This document shows positions 17,803 to 27,174 of a stretch of DNA of 59,468 nt, one piece after another. Origin of the DNA: an uncultured bacterium (GTDB taxonomy: Bacteria; Patescibacteriota; Saccharimonadia; Saccharimonadales; OFTM59); NCBI GenBank assembly GCA_966685145.1, contig CBKXXB010000002.1, forward strand, positions 1 through 59,468. The letters are read 5' to 3'. Position 1 is the first letter of the stretch, and each line of letters starts with the position of its first letter. The position numbers were made by a program, and so were the translations under genes. A model generated the notes under the pieces. The model ran no database searches. It worked only from the letters and a program-made list of their open reading frames with translations, and was not told where the DNA came from.

Positions 17803-18399
17803 ATGGATAAAAACACTGCTCACACCAAACATTGGCGCTATCTCTACGAACGTCGCAGAAGGCGCATAAACGCACTCGGGATTAGTGCCAAGCAAATGGC
17901 CTGGAGCCAGGTTTTTTCCCTGGTCGGCTCTATCGTTGCAGGTGTATTGCTGGAAAGCAACAAAACTACGCTAGCGCTATTAGCGGGGGCATTTGTAATA
18001 CTGCCGGGGATTTTTGATTTGGATGGTTCGCTCGGTGCCGTATTGAGCGCAAAGATCAATCATCGGATGGAAAATCTAGAGGCTCGGGTTTGGCGCGTTT
18101 TCATAGGGAGCACGGCTTTTGCTTTACTCGTTGCAATCTTGGCCGGCTTTATCGTGGCCGGCGTTGGTGCGACCTTGGCTACTATATTCTTCAATGCGCA
18201 CTTCCGGGACGTGTTCTTAGCCGGCTTTGGAGCTATAGTCCTAAGCGCGGCAATAGGTTTCCCGATCATAGGCGCTTTAAGCGTATTTTTCCGTAAGCGG
18301 AATATGAACCCGGACGACGTCGTGGGGCCGATTGAATCATCGGTGTTTGATATTCTAACCGTCATTACTCTAACCGTGATGGTGAAGTGGATACTATGA
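17803..18399 (+). CDS. MgtE/SLC41-type divalent cation transporter membrane domain, half 1
   Basis: Five hydrophobic helices and a C-terminal motif NPDDVVGPIESSVFDILTV, resembling the PDN..P...S..D motif of MgtE/SLC41. There is no cytosolic N or CBS domain. Confidence 0.65.
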   Translation: MDKNTAHTKHWRYLYERRRRRINALGISAKQMAWSQVFSLVGSIVAGVLLESNKTTLALLAGAFVILPGIFDLDGSLGAVLSAKINHRMENLEARVWRVFIGSTAFALLVAILAGFIVAGVGATLATIFFNAHFRDVFLAGFGAIVLSAAIGFPIIGALSVFFRKRNMNPDDVVGPIESSVFDILTVITLTVMVKWIL

Positions 18400-18929
18400 A
18401 AAGTATAAGACTGCGCCAACTGTTATTTATTGTGCTTACTACTGCCGGTGCCTCATCCATAAGCCTGATAGGCGGCGTAGGCATTGAAGCCGTACAGGAA
18501 CATATATTGCCCCTCGTGCCACTAATCATTGCCCTGCCCGCTCTTAATACGATGGTTGGTGACTATGCGGCGATTATTGCCGCTCACGCATCAGACCCGG
18601 CAGAACGCATAGCCACTAAGCGCACATTAGCTAAGGCCGTAGCTAAAGCTATATGGGTCAACATAATTGGCGTGCTGCTCCTGAGCACTATAATTGCGAT
18701 GCAACGAGGCTACTTATTTACCGGGATCTTTCTGACGAAATTTGCAGCATTCGTTATCCTGTCCATGCTCGGTACCGTTTTTGCCATGTTGGTAATAACC
18801 GTTATCCTGGACAAGCTACTTGAACGCAAAAGGCTTAATCCCGATGACATCTTAATACCTATTGTTACCTCTGTAACGGACGTACTAATGCTTGGCCTGA
18901 TTGCCGTGGCAGCCTGGACCCTGTTCTAA
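18396..18929 (+). CDS. MgtE/SLC41-type divalent cation transporter membrane domain, half 2
   Basis: A paralog of the upstream gene with motif NPDDILIPIVTSVTDVLML. Its ATG at 18396 overlaps the upstream TGA stop (ATGA). Confidence 0.65.
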   Translation: MKSIRLRQLLFIVLTTAGASSISLIGGVGIEAVQEHILPLVPLIIALPALNTMVGDYAAIIAAHASDPAERIATKRTLAKAVAKAIWVNIIGVLLLSTIIAMQRGYLFTGIFLTKFAAFVILSMLGTVFAMLVITVILDKLLERKRLNPDDILIPIVTSVTDVLMLGLIAVAAWTLF

Positions 18930-19027
18930 GTACTCTGCTTTACTATCAGTGGCGCTTAAGTAAGAAATGACACTCAATTATTGCGCGCGGCTTTGATTGA
19001 CATCATGTACGGCTTTCACCCAACGAA

Positions 19028-19876
19028 TTAAGGGGCTAGCTGCACTATAGGTTTTGAAGTAGCGCCTATATATTTCAGCTCTTCACTGTTTGTAAAAACT
19101 ATGTAAGGGGTTCGGCCAATAGTGTACGCAATTTGATCATAACTGTGTGTAGCTGCTTGTATAGCTTTGCGTGCCTGCTCGGGAATAAAGCGGTACCCTT
19201 TTTCGGCTTCATTTTGCCATGCATGGTATCGATCAAGCTGGAAAAGCATGAAGTCTTCGAAAGCCCGGATATTGTTCTCTGCTTCTGAAGGCTGCAGACT
19301 TCGGAGCCTAAAGCGCTCCAGGTCTTCTGTGGGGAAATAGCACCGCCCGAGCTTATTGTCTTCTGCCATGTCTCTAATGAAATTAATCCACTGCATAGCC
19401 CTGCCTTGCATCTGGGCAAATGGCCATGCCTCCTCAGGCAGCTGCATTATCTTCGCCATCATAAGTCCGATTACTTCAGCCGAACCACCAACATAAGACA
19501 ATGTGTCGTCAAGTGTTGCATAATGTCTACCTTCCGTATCGGCTCGCATCGACTCCATAAATGACTCAATCCATTCATGGCTAAAACCGTATTTTGTAGA
19601 TACGTGAATAATATTCTTAGTCACACGCTCGTTGAGATTATCACCTTTGTTGAATGTTGTATCAAAATCCGGATCGGCCGCAGCCTCAAGCCAAAGGTCG
19701 TAGAGTTCATTGAACTGATTTTTTTGATGGGGCAACACGTCCACATAATCATCGGCAACTCGGACGAAACTGTACAGCCGGACAACGTCGTCGCGAATGT
19801 TCTTAGGGAAAAGATACGAACTCTTGTAGTAGGTTTTACTCCCCTTTTGAAAAATCGATTCTTCAAGCAGCGCCAT
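19028..19876 (-). CDS. Squalene/phytoene synthase family enzyme
   Basis: Two Asp-rich motifs, YSFVRVADDYVD and FIRDMAEDNKLGRCYFP; 282 aa. Confidence 0.8.
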   Translation of the reverse strand: MALLEESIFQKGSKTYYKSSYLFPKNIRDDVVRLYSFVRVADDYVDVLPHQKNQFNELYDLWLEAAADPDFDTTFNKGDNLNERVTKNIIHVSTKYGFSHEWIESFMESMRADTEGRHYATLDDTLSYVGGSAEVIGLMMAKIMQLPEEAWPFAQMQGRAMQWINFIRDMAEDNKLGRCYFPTEDLERFRLRSLQPSEAENNIRAFEDFMLFQLDRYHAWQNEAEKGYRFIPEQARKAIQAATHSYDQIAYTIGRTPYIVFTNSEELKYIGATSKPIVQLAP

Positions 19877-19884
19877 TAGTAGTT

Positions 19885-20964
19885 TTAACTGTGACGGGTA
19901 AGTATGTATTCTGCAAGACCCCGTAGGCTCTGAACGCCTGATTCACTCCAACGGTCCTGCTCGGCATCTAAAGCCTTGAGAGCTATTACCACTTCTTGTT
20001 CAGCCCGCTGTTTCGCATAATCAAGTGAGCCGCTGTTCATGACGATTTCCTTGCAACGTTCAAAGTCGGTCCGTGTCAGTTGTGCGTTCCCAAGCTGCTT
20101 GAGTAAGAACTTCTTATCACGGTACGGTGCATGGTTAAGAGCGTGAATGGTAAGCACGGTACGCTTGCCTTCCTTGATGTCATCCATTTGGCTCTTTCCG
20201 ATTTCTTGCTCGTCACCAAACATGCCAATGATATCGTCAGTTATTTGAAAGGCTTTGCCGGTATGTACTGCGTAATCGGTAATTGCGTCGGTATCCTGGC
20301 ACCCTGCTCCGGCCAGTACCATGCCTACGTGCAATGGGTTCAGAAAGCTGTAGTGCGCTGTCTTCCATTCAAGTACACGCTCAACAACATTCTCGTCAGC
20401 ACCCGGCACAAACTCGCTTAGTATGTCGTTGGTCTGCCCGTGCGCAGTCACCAGCATCGTCCGGTTAACTATACTTGTAACTTTCAGACGATTCTCCTCG
20501 GAAGCCGGTAGATTTGCAAGAATCATTTGGGCAGCATGAGCCCCACCAAGAGCGGCGTTAAGCGCCAGCGCCAAGCCGAAGTGATTAGCATCTCCTGAAA
20601 GCTCATGGCGACGGTGATAGTCAGCCAGTAACACGTGCGCACTAGGGCCACCGCGTCTCACTAGAGAGCGGTCCTGAATGTCGTCAATTATAAGAATATA
20701 GGCCTGGATCATTTCAAGAGCTCGTGCAGCCTGCAGAATCATTCGGGTATCTTTACCACCGGACATTTCATAACCCAAGCAGACCAGCGCACCCCTGATC
20801 CGCTTACCGCCGCGGCCTAGAATATCCAAGAATGTGTCGGTTGTCAGGCGCGCATAAGAACCGTATTGTTCAAGAGTACTTTTCTTAACGGCTCTGTTGT
20901 ACCCAACAATGTCTTTATCAATGGATCCTTGATACTTTTTAAGCGTACGCAAGAAGGCTTGCAT
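19885..20964 (-). CDS. Short-chain trans-polyprenyl diphosphate synthase (GGPP/FPP synthase-like)
   Basis: First Asp-rich motif (FARM) is ILIIDDIQDR with Tyr at position -5. Second Asp-rich motif (SARM) is QITDDIIGMFGD. The ATG at 20964 avoids overlap with the upstream gene. Confidence 0.85.
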   Translation of the reverse strand: MQAFLRTLKKYQGSIDKDIVGYNRAVKKSTLEQYGSYARLTTDTFLDILGRGGKRIRGALVCLGYEMSGGKDTRMILQAARALEMIQAYILIIDDIQDRSLVRRGGPSAHVLLADYHRRHELSGDANHFGLALALNAALGGAHAAQMILANLPASEENRLKVTSIVNRTMLVTAHGQTNDILSEFVPGADENVVERVLEWKTAHYSFLNPLHVGMVLAGAGCQDTDAITDYAVHTGKAFQITDDIIGMFGDEQEIGKSQMDDIKEGKRTVLTIHALNHAPYRDKKFLLKQLGNAQLTRTDFERCKEIVMNSGSLDYAKQRAEQEVVIALKALDAEQDRWSESGVQSLRGLAEYILTRHS

Positions 20965-21001
20965 GTCAGTTTGGCTGGTCTTATCACTCTGCTTCACGGG
21001 C

Positions 21002-21601
21002 TTACTCAAGTATACGCTTGTGGTGTAATTTGAGAGCTTTTTCAGCGTCATCTTTGAAGACCTCAATATCGTTACCTTCGTTTAGTAATACGATGTCTGC
21101 CCGTTCTTTAACCGCACTCATATTGAGAGTTGCAGCGTCGCCACTATGGGTCATTTCACGCTCTTCTTCGGCGAGAAATTCCTCGAATGTCTTATCGTGC
21201 TCTGCGTGGGTGCTGGCGCGTTCATGTAGATTTCGCTGAATGCGTTCATATCGAATCCTAGGATCGGCATCTACCCAAACCAGTGTTCCGCCTAATTCAT
21301 GCACGCGATCGGCTTCACCCGGATGGCGCAAACTACCCACGACGACACCCTTGTACTTGCCGGGGCTGGCATTAAAAAGTTCGATCGCCTTATCAACGAT
21401 TACGCCCATACCATACTCTCTTCGCCACTCAGAACTAAGCTTGGCTTTGTGTCCGCGGTCAATCGGCCACTCGCGAGCATGCAGCTCATCAAGAAACATT
21501 TCAGTAGCCGAAGCATGAAGGTAACCGTGACGTTCAACCAACATCAAGGCAACAGTATCTTTGCCGCTACCATTAGTTCCAGAAAGACCTATAATGTTCA
21601 T
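21002..21601 (-). CDS. P-loop nucleotide kinase (dNMP-kinase / dephospho-CoA-kinase-like)
   Basis: Walker A motif GLSGTNGSGKDT within 10 aa of the N-terminus; 199 aa. The gene sits immediately after rpoD. Confidence 0.6.
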   Translation of the reverse strand: MNIIGLSGTNGSGKDTVALMLVERHGYLHASATEMFLDELHAREWPIDRGHKAKLSSEWRREYGMGVIVDKAIELFNASPGKYKGVVVGSLRHPGEADRVHELGGTLVWVDADPRIRYERIQRNLHERASTHAEHDKTFEEFLAEEEREMTHSGDAATLNMSAVKERADIVLLNEGNDIEVFKDDAEKALKLHHKRILE

Positions 21602-21604
21602 ACT

Positions 21605-22735
21605 CTACTTTATGTAATCGTGAAGCTTTTTACTGTCTTTGTGCTTTCGAAGTTTAGCGAGAGCCTTGGCCTCAATCTGACGGATGCGTTCACGTGTGAC
21701 TGAAAACTCCTGGCCCACTTCTTCAAGCGTATGGCTTTTGCCGTCTTCCAAACCGAAGCGAAGTTTCAGAATTTTCTGTTCGCGTTCTGTTAGGCTGCTT
21801 AGCATATCTTTCACATGCTCTTTAAGCAGCTGGCTGGTAGCTGATTCTTCGGGGCTGGCCGTGTCCTCATCTTCAATAAAGTCACCCAGTACGGAGTCTT
21901 CTTCGTCATCCCTCACACTTGCATCAAGCGAGCTAATATCCTGTTTGATCTTCATGATATGCTCGACTTTATCAACGTCAATCTCCATCGCCTCTGCAAT
22001 TTCTTCATTGCTCGGCTCACGGTTAAGCTCCTGGGTTAAGCGACGCTGTGTCCTGAGAAGCTTATTGATGGTCTCAACCATATGAACGGGAATGCGGATA
22101 GTACGCGCCTGGTCGGCTATCGCACGTGTGATAGCCTGACGAATCCACCAGGTGGCGTATGTTGAAAACTTAAATCCCTTGTCCGGGTCAAATTTCTCGA
22201 CGGCACGCAGGAGACCGGTATTGCCTTCTTGGATAAGGTCGAGTAAATCCAGTCCACGTCCAACGTAGCGTTTGGCAATACTAACTACAAGACGCATGTT
22301 GGCTTCCGCCATTTTATCTTTGGCACCCTTGTCTCCGGCGACAACTCTTTGTGCCAACTCTAACTCTTCTTCGGCGTTCAATAGCGGGATCTTACCGATT
22401 TCACGTAAGTATAACCTTACTGAGTCATCGGCAATGTCATCCAGATAAACAGGTTCTTCGACGTTAATTTCCTCTTCGGGCTCTTCGAGCGCCCAGTCAT
22501 CAGCCAGGCCAACGGGGGCACCTTCGGTTGTGACTTCAACGCCAGCATCTGCCAATTCGGTGTAAAACGCATCAAGCAAATCGGCGTTTTCAGGCACATC
22601 CGGAATAGCATTTAAGACCTCTTTCTGATCTAGCTTGCCTTCTTTTTTGGCTTTTTCCAATAACTCCTGTTTGACCTGCTCAAGCGTAGGCTCGGCGGCA
22701 TCATCCGATATGACCGGTGTTACGTCATCTCCCAT
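21605..22735 (-). CDS. rpoD: RNA polymerase primary sigma factor
   Basis: Region 2 ([37 protein letters not shown]), region 3, and region 4 ([24 protein letters not shown]). Confidence 0.95.
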   Translation of the reverse strand: MGDDVTPVISDDAAEPTLEQVKQELLEKAKKEGKLDQKEVLNAIPDVPENADLLDAFYTELADAGVEVTTEGAPVGLADDWALEEPEEEINVEEPVYLDDIADDSVRLYLREIGKIPLLNAEEELELAQRVVAGDKGAKDKMAEANMRLVVSIAKRYVGRGLDLLDLIQEGNTGLLRAVEKFDPDKGFKFSTYATWWIRQAITRAIADQARTIRIPVHMVETINKLLRTQRRLTQELNREPSNEEIAEAMEIDVDKVEHIMKIKQDISSLDASVRDDEEDSVLGDFIEDEDTASPEESATSQLLKEHVKDMLSSLTEREQKILKLRFGLEDGKSHTLEEVGQEFSVTRERIRQIEAKALAKLRKHKDSKKLHDYIK

Positions 22736-22755
22736 TTAAGTCTCCTTAACTTCAA

Positions 22756-24534
22756 TTATCCCTTAAGTAAGAGATCGAGGGCTCGTGCAGCCTCGAGTAA
22801 TTCTTTGGTTCTTGTATCATTCGCGTCCCGTAGCTCGTTGGCTATGGCAACTTTTTTCGTTTTGACGTAGTGCTCTATCAGCCTTGTTTGCAGACGGGCA
22901 GCTTCGTATTGTAGCTCCAGCTCGTCAAGCTCTTGATAGAGTGTCTCATATTGTAACCTTATAATTTTGACATAGTCTGCAATCTGTTGCAACCTGCGCT
23001 TGGCATTTCCGCCCAGATGATTAAATGCACCATCAAAGTCAGGAAAATCTCTCATAAAGGTCAGCAGCATCTTTGCATCCTTGCTTACGAGCATGCCTTC
23101 ATCAAGTTTCTCCAGGTAGGACCTGAGAGATGGCCTGTATAAACACAGACAAAGTAAGTGGTCTTGCAACTTTATATACTCAGTCTGCCTGGGGTCCGGT
23201 TGGTCTATTGGTGACTTTGGTCGTTTTAAGATACGAGACGCGGCAGGGTTTATCTGCAGTTTGGCGCGCAGTGCATCAGCGCTTACGCTTAAAAGTTCCG
23301 CCAGTTGCTGCAAGTAATGATCCTGCTCAACCGCATCGTTGAGTTGCCTGACGGTTGCAAGTATCGTGTCGCTAAACCGCCTTTTGCCATCGGCACTGTC
23401 CAGATCCATAGTTTCTTTGTAGCGGCTTATAAGCCAGTCAACAGCATATTGCTTGTCTTCAATAACCTGCTGCCAGCGTTCAGGATCTTTGCGAATAAGA
23501 TCATCCGGGTCTTTGCCTTCGGGAATAGTAATAATACTAAGTGAAATATTGAGCTTACTGGCTATAGGGATGGTTCTTTCCACCGCTGCCTGGCCCGCCT
23601 GGTCCTGATCGAACGCCAGCCGAATATCAGGCGTAAAACGAGCAAGCGTCTTAAGGTGCGACTCTGTCATGGCCGTACCGGCTGTAGCAACCACATGCTT
23701 TATGCCCGCCTGGTGGCTGGCTATAACATCCAGGTTGCCTTCGGATACGACTACATAACCTTGGCGCCTTATGGCCTCTTTGGCGAGGTTAAGTCCGAAA
23801 ATATGCCGGCTTTTGTCATAGAGCAAGGTTTGCGGTGTGTTTATGTACTTCGGAGCATTAGGGTCATCGTCCAAAAGACGCGCAGTAAAACCAACCACAC
23901 CTCCCTGCTGGTCCATGAGCGGAACCATGATTCGTCCCCGGAACATGTCACTGGGCCTGCCAAAGCGCTTGGTTATCAGGCCGGCCTTTTGCATTATCTG
24001 CTCTTCAATACCTTGCTTCTTAAGATAATCAAAAAGTGCAGTACCGTTGTTGGGTGAATACCCCAGCCGGAACTCCAGCGCCACCGCTTTTGTAAACCTC
24101 CGCTTCTTTAGTATATATTCCAGTGCAGGTTTTTTCCGCGAGAACTGGACCTGGTAAAACTTAGCTGCCAGTTCATTTACTCTGAATAATTTTTCCTTGA
24201 GCTGACCAGTCTCCGCGCTACGGCCGCTTTGATACTGCGATAAATCAACTCCTGCTTTTCGGGCCAAGAGCTCTAAGGCGCCCTTGAAGTCCAGCCCTTC
24301 CATTTCCATGACAAAGCTGAACATATTGCCGCCCCGGCCCGATGAGAAGTCGTGCCAGATTTGTTTTTCGGGACTTACCATAAAGCTAGGCGTCCTTTCG
24401 TTGCTGAAAGGACTTAACCCCTTAAAGTTCCGACCGGCCCGTTTGAGCTCTACATACTCACCTATAACATCTTCAATGGCTAATCTAGCCTTAATCTCCT
24501 CAACAGCGTCCATGACCACATTGTACGCTACCAT
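22756..24534 (-). CDS. dnaG: DNA primase
   Basis: N-terminal primase-type zinc-ribbon-like region (ERTPSFMV), a TOPRIM domain (VVVSEGNLDVIA, DQDQAG) and a helical C-terminal domain. The start is uncertain (24534 or 24513). Confidence 0.9.
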   Translation of the reverse strand: MVAYNVVMDAVEEIKARLAIEDVIGEYVELKRAGRNFKGLSPFSNERTPSFMVSPEKQIWHDFSSGRGGNMFSFVMEMEGLDFKGALELLARKAGVDLSQYQSGRSAETGQLKEKLFRVNELAAKFYQVQFSRKKPALEYILKKRRFTKAVALEFRLGYSPNNGTALFDYLKKQGIEEQIMQKAGLITKRFGRPSDMFRGRIMVPLMDQQGGVVGFTARLLDDDPNAPKYINTPQTLLYDKSRHIFGLNLAKEAIRRQGYVVVSEGNLDVIASHQAGIKHVVATAGTAMTESHLKTLARFTPDIRLAFDQDQAGQAAVERTIPIASKLNISLSIITIPEGKDPDDLIRKDPERWQQVIEDKQYAVDWLISRYKETMDLDSADGKRRFSDTILATVRQLNDAVEQDHYLQQLAELLSVSADALRAKLQINPAASRILKRPKSPIDQPDPRQTEYIKLQDHLLCLCLYRPSLRSYLEKLDEGMLVSKDAKMLLTFMRDFPDFDGAFNHLGGNAKRRLQQIADYVKIIRLQYETLYQELDELELQYEAARLQTRLIEHYVKTKKVAIANELRDANDTRTKELLEAARALDLLLKG

Positions 24535-24557
24535 GATTTTTATGTTTAAATAAAGCA

Positions 24558-25151
24558 ATGGAACCAGACCAAAACCAAAATACTTATGAATTCATAATGA
24601 ACTCGGGCGCCGCCCCTAAGCGCAGCTGGCTGCCGGGAGGCAGTAAAAAGCAGAGAATAGTAATAGTCGGCATTGCCGCGGCGATATTGCTTTTTATTTT
24701 CGGGCTGATTTTCACACTGGTTTTCAGCGGAAATAACGCTACGGCCGAACAAACATTAAAGCTAGCTCAACAGCATAAAGAGTTGTTACGCATAGCCGAA
24801 ATAGGTATTGATAAAGCAAGGTCCTCTAGTGCTAAGAACTTATCAACTACCGTCAAGTTAACACTTCAGTCGTCTGAAGACCAGATAACAGCCATTGCCA
24901 AGAAAGACCAAAAAGTCTCAAATGCTCAGCTCTCCGGCGGCAAAAACACCAAAGTTGATGACGCACTGATTAGAGCCGAACAAAATAACCGCTTTGATGA
25001 AGCCATCACAGAAACGCTGCATGCACAAATACGCAGTTACTTAACGCAAGTCAAAAAAGTTCATGACGCATCCAGTTCCAAAAAAGACAAGCAAACACTT
25101 ACCGACTTGTACAATCAACTCAGTAAGCTTCTCCCCGCGCAGTCTAGTTAG
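24558..25151 (+). CDS. Hypothetical membrane-anchored protein
   Basis: A single TM helix (IVIVGIAAAILLFIFGLIFTLVF) followed by a helical, Lys/Gln-rich ectodomain. It is divergent from dnaG. Confidence 0.5.
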   Translation: MEPDQNQNTYEFIMNSGAAPKRSWLPGGSKKQRIVIVGIAAAILLFIFGLIFTLVFSGNNATAEQTLKLAQQHKELLRIAEIGIDKARSSSAKNLSTTVKLTLQSSEDQITAIAKKDQKVSNAQLSGGKNTKVDDALIRAEQNNRFDEAITETLHAQIRSYLTQVKKVHDASSSKKDKQTLTDLYNQLSKLLPAQSS

Positions 25152-25494
25152 TAATACTTGTCGGCGGTTGGCCAGTTATGCCGATCACAAGATCATAGCT
25201 GTGCCGAATGAGGGCCTGAATCTCTTCCCAGCTTAATTGGCCGCTAAGCACTATTGTATTCCAATGCTTTTTGTTAAGATGATAACCCTCCTGCACTTCC
25301 TCGTACTTTTCCCTAAGAACAACAGCTAGCTGCGGATCGCACTTAAGACTGATCCTAACCGGATCTTTACCCTCTTGAACAAGGGCGAACATTTTGTCAT
25401 TTACTTTGTATACGGCGACTCCTTCCCCGAAGGGATAATCAAGTCGCGCGTTCGGCATAGAAAGCACATAAGCCTCAACTGTCTTATGGTCCAT
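25144..25494 (-). CDS. MmcQ/YjbR family protein
   Basis: 116 aa. YPFGEGVAVYKVNDKMFAL and HLNKKHWNTIVL are typical of the YjbR fold family. Confidence 0.75.
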   Translation of the reverse strand: MDHKTVEAYVLSMPNARLDYPFGEGVAVYKVNDKMFALVQEGKDPVRISLKCDPQLAVVLREKYEEVQEGYHLNKKHWNTIVLSGQLSWEEIQALIRHSYDLVIGITGQPPTSITN

Positions 25495-25560
25495 AGGATT
25501 TATTGTAACCGCTCAATGCTGTCACACAAGCAACTATCAATTATTGGGTCCGGAGGCAAT

Positions 25561-25884
25561 TTAATGGTGGCGCGCACCACTGCCGAATGGATTATGGTAA
25601 CCGTCTCCGCTAACACCGTGATGCCTGCCCTCACCGACAAGATGCATACCGGCTGCTGCCAGCTCTTCCAAACTTAGGTCTTGGCCATAAATGCTGGGTG
25701 AATCAACAGCAGTGAAGCCTAAATCTTCCAGGTCAGGCAGGTCGTAATCACCGTCATACGAGGAAACATTACCCGAAGCGCCAGCGATAGCCGATTCTCC
25801 TAAAGGCCCACATGTCCAAACTAGTTTTACACGTGCCGCTTCTGCTCCTTGCTGACCATTGATCGCTTCACCCGAAATGCCCAT
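25561..25884 (-). CDS. Small acidic Gly/His-rich hypothetical protein
   Basis: 107 aa with an ATG start, an AAAGGA RBS and a near-consensus promoter upstream. There is no TM helix or signal peptide. The C-terminus is GEGRHHGVSGDGYHNPFGSGARHH. Confidence 0.55.
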   Translation of the reverse strand: MGISGEAINGQQGAEAARVKLVWTCGPLGESAIAGASGNVSSYDGDYDLPDLEDLGFTAVDSPSIYGQDLSLEELAAAGMHLVGEGRHHGVSGDGYHNPFGSGARHH

Positions 25885-25918
25885 AACCTATCCTTTTAGT
25901 TTAGATTTAATACTTACC

Positions 25919-25947
25919 GTTATAATTGCGCTGGTACATGTTGTCAA
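25919..25947 (-). promoter_or_regulatory. Sigma-70 type promoter candidate for the 25561..25884 ORF
   Basis: The minus strand reads TTGACA, a 17 nt spacer, then TATAAC. Confidence 0.5.
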
Positions 25948-25964
25948 TTAAGTAATTATATAAT

Positions 25965-26624
25965 TTATCTTTCACCGGACCATTCCGCATAAAACTGTTC
26001 CAGATATTTTTCCATGAATTTGTGGCGATTTAGTGCCATAGCCTTACCTGTTTTTGTATTCATCCTGTCTTTCAGTAACAGCAACTTCTCATAAAAGTGA
26101 TTGATCGTAGTGCCGTTTTGAACCTTTTTATACGAATCAAAGGATGTTAGCATCGTAGGCTGCGATCCAGGATCATACAATAAGCGGCCGACCGAGCCGC
26201 CGTAGGCAAATGCGCGTGCGATACCGATTGCGCCAAGTGCATCAAGCCGATCGGCATCCTGAACTATCTTGCCTTCCAGAGTACGCATTATATGTCGGTT
26301 AGTGCCTCCCTTAAAGGAAATATGCTCGACAATGTAGGCGGCGTGTTCGGCTATATCTTTCGACACTTCCAGGTCCAGCAGCCATTCCTGACTAATCTTG
26401 GCGCCTATAGTGCTGTCGCCGTCATGAAATTTCCAATCGGCAATATCATGCAGTAAGGCTGCCAGCTCTATGACAAACAGATCACCGCCTTCTTGTGCGG
26501 CAATTGTTTTGGCATTCTCTACCACCCTCACAACGTGCCACCAATCGTGGCCCGACCCTTCTCCCTCAAGCTTAGACTTTACGAAAGACCGTGTTCGATC
26601 AACAACTTGCTTATGATTTACCAT
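25965..26624 (-). CDS. HD-domain phosphohydrolase, YpgQ-like
   Basis: GSGHDWWHVVRV, LLHDIADWK and VQDADRLDALGAIGIARAF align closely by eye with Bacillus YpgQ. The ATG at 26624 overlaps the orn 3-prime end by 14 nt. Confidence 0.8.
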   Translation of the reverse strand: MVNHKQVVDRTRSFVKSKLEGEGSGHDWWHVVRVVENAKTIAAQEGGDLFVIELAALLHDIADWKFHDGDSTIGAKISQEWLLDLEVSKDIAEHAAYIVEHISFKGGTNRHIMRTLEGKIVQDADRLDALGAIGIARAFAYGGSVGRLLYDPGSQPTMLTSFDSYKKVQNGTTINHFYEKLLLLKDRMNTKTGKAMALNRHKFMEKYLEQFYAEWSGER

Positions 26625-27174
26625 GATCTTCGAACCAATCAAGATAGAACTGCAGTTCAGCAATCGAAGCCTGAATATCATCAAACGCCCGGTGCAGATC
26701 CTGCTTCTCGTATACCACTCCATACCGTCCCTGCATTAGAACTTTTATGCTACTCACATCCAACATCCGGTAGTGAAGCTTCAGGTCGAGCGCAGGCCAC
26801 CATTTACGAATAAAACCGCGATCATTATGGATTGAGTTACCGGCCAGAATTGCCGGCTCGCTGCCAAACTGCTGGTTAACTAGCTCGATCAACTCTTCCT
26901 CTACGACACCGAGCGGCTTGGCTTCATCAAGCTTTGCAAGAAAGTCGTCGCGGTTGGCCGGATACTCCTTCCACCATACGTTGGCCTGCATGCGATTAAC
27001 GACCGTCTGTTGGTTACCGCCGCGCACGCGGGCTTCGTAGGAAGCTACGGTCTTGAATTGGAAGTCGGTTATCTCCACCGCCACTTCCAGTATGACGTCT
27101 TTATCCGGGTCCAGACCTGTCATCTCGAGGTCCATCCATATGAGCTTTGTCGGTATTGTATCTTTACTAGGCAC
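26611..27174 (-). CDS. orn: Oligoribonuclease (DEDDh exonuclease)
   Basis: LIWMDLEMTGLDPDKDVILEVA, GNSIHNDRGF and HRAFDDI motifs. The start codon is GTG. Confidence 0.85.
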   Translation of the reverse strand: MPSKDTIPTKLIWMDLEMTGLDPDKDVILEVAVEITDFQFKTVASYEARVRGGNQQTVVNRMQANVWWKEYPANRDDFLAKLDEAKPLGVVEEELIELVNQQFGSEPAILAGNSIHNDRGFIRKWWPALDLKLHYRMLDVSSIKVLMQGRYGVVYEKQDLHRAFDDIQASIAELQFYLDWFEDHGKS

